Source: Chiloscyllium plagiosum (lineage: Eukaryota). From it: 33,966 nucleotides of DNA. Each line of letters starts with the position of its first letter. The stretch's first letter is position 1. A program made the position numbers and the translations under genes. Location: NCBI RefSeq assembly GCF_004010195.1, contig NW_025213842.1, positions 2,446-36,411 of the forward strand, given 5' to 3'. Below are positions 33,431 through 33,966 of the stretch, piece by piece. The notes below the pieces were generated by a model. It saw only the letters and a program-made list of their open reading frames with translations, made no database searches and had not been told where the DNA came from.

Positions 33431-33966
33431 TGTTGTGGAGAAAATATAGAGAATCATCAGGCGACGCAGAGAGTTCTTCAAGAAGTAGGTCTTTTATTTT
33501 CAAACAAAAAACCGTGATACTGAGAAAGCAGATTCTCGAATGCCCCCGAACTTCAGGGTCCGTGGATTTTTATATCTTTGTTTTATCATGTTTCTGCTAG
33601 CTTATCAGCATGTCCAACTATATTAATCACAGTACTTCACTCTAGCTACAAAATAAACCAGTGATGTTAGTTCCTATTATCTCTTCAGTTATATATTCTA
33701 CTTAATGTTATTCTAATGTCATGGTTAGATATTTATTGCTAATTCTGCTACATTGATCTTCAATTCCAGACTAACCTGTCATAATAGATATTTTGCTATT
33801 CCATCTGTTACAATAGTCTCCTGTCTCAAGCTAACTCTACAAACTAGTAATTAGATATTTAATGTCATGTCCCGAATATTTATTATCCCAATATTGTCAT
33901 AATAATACGTAACAGAGAAACTTGCTTTTTTAGTTGTGTTATCTCATCTCGCCATAGTGACCTTTC
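33431..33966 (-). mobile_element. Probable LTR (ERV or LTR-retrotransposon); 3' end at 33431, 5' end not seen and probably beyond the window
   Basis: Minus strand: TATAAAAA (33574-33567), AATAAA (33498-33493), short U5-like segment ending ..CCACAACA. It begins exactly where homology with the paralogous block ending at 13666 breaks. Confidence 0.65.

Overview
Repeat-dominated eukaryotic draft-assembly window with six N-gaps (2774-2839, 12094-12370, 14887-15581, 21078-21142, 22453-22840, 30352-31323). The repeat content (HE1/V-SINEs, HER1/CR1 LINEs, fish-type L1) points to a cartilaginous fish, most likely a shark. Most of the sequence is nested, decayed transposable elements: many CR1 LINE fragments, one L1 lacking ORF1, L2-like pieces, several SINE families, a MULE/Phantom-type DNA transposon relic, PIF/Harbinger Myb/SANT relics, a short Penelope-like insertion with a hammerhead-ribozyme core, and a probable retroviral LTR at the right edge. 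A ~35-bp minisatellite explains the long ORFs at 1.1-2.9 kb. The main non-repeat signal, not resolved by the ORF track, is a set of small phase-compatible minus-strand exons (1229-1180, 1049-945, 761-600; possibly also 12758-12667 and 14886-14781) encoding a protein I cannot identify. No prokaryotic features, CRISPR arrays or rRNA/tRNA genes are supported. All family assignments are from motif recognition by eye, and repeat boundaries are approximate unless a TSD is given.
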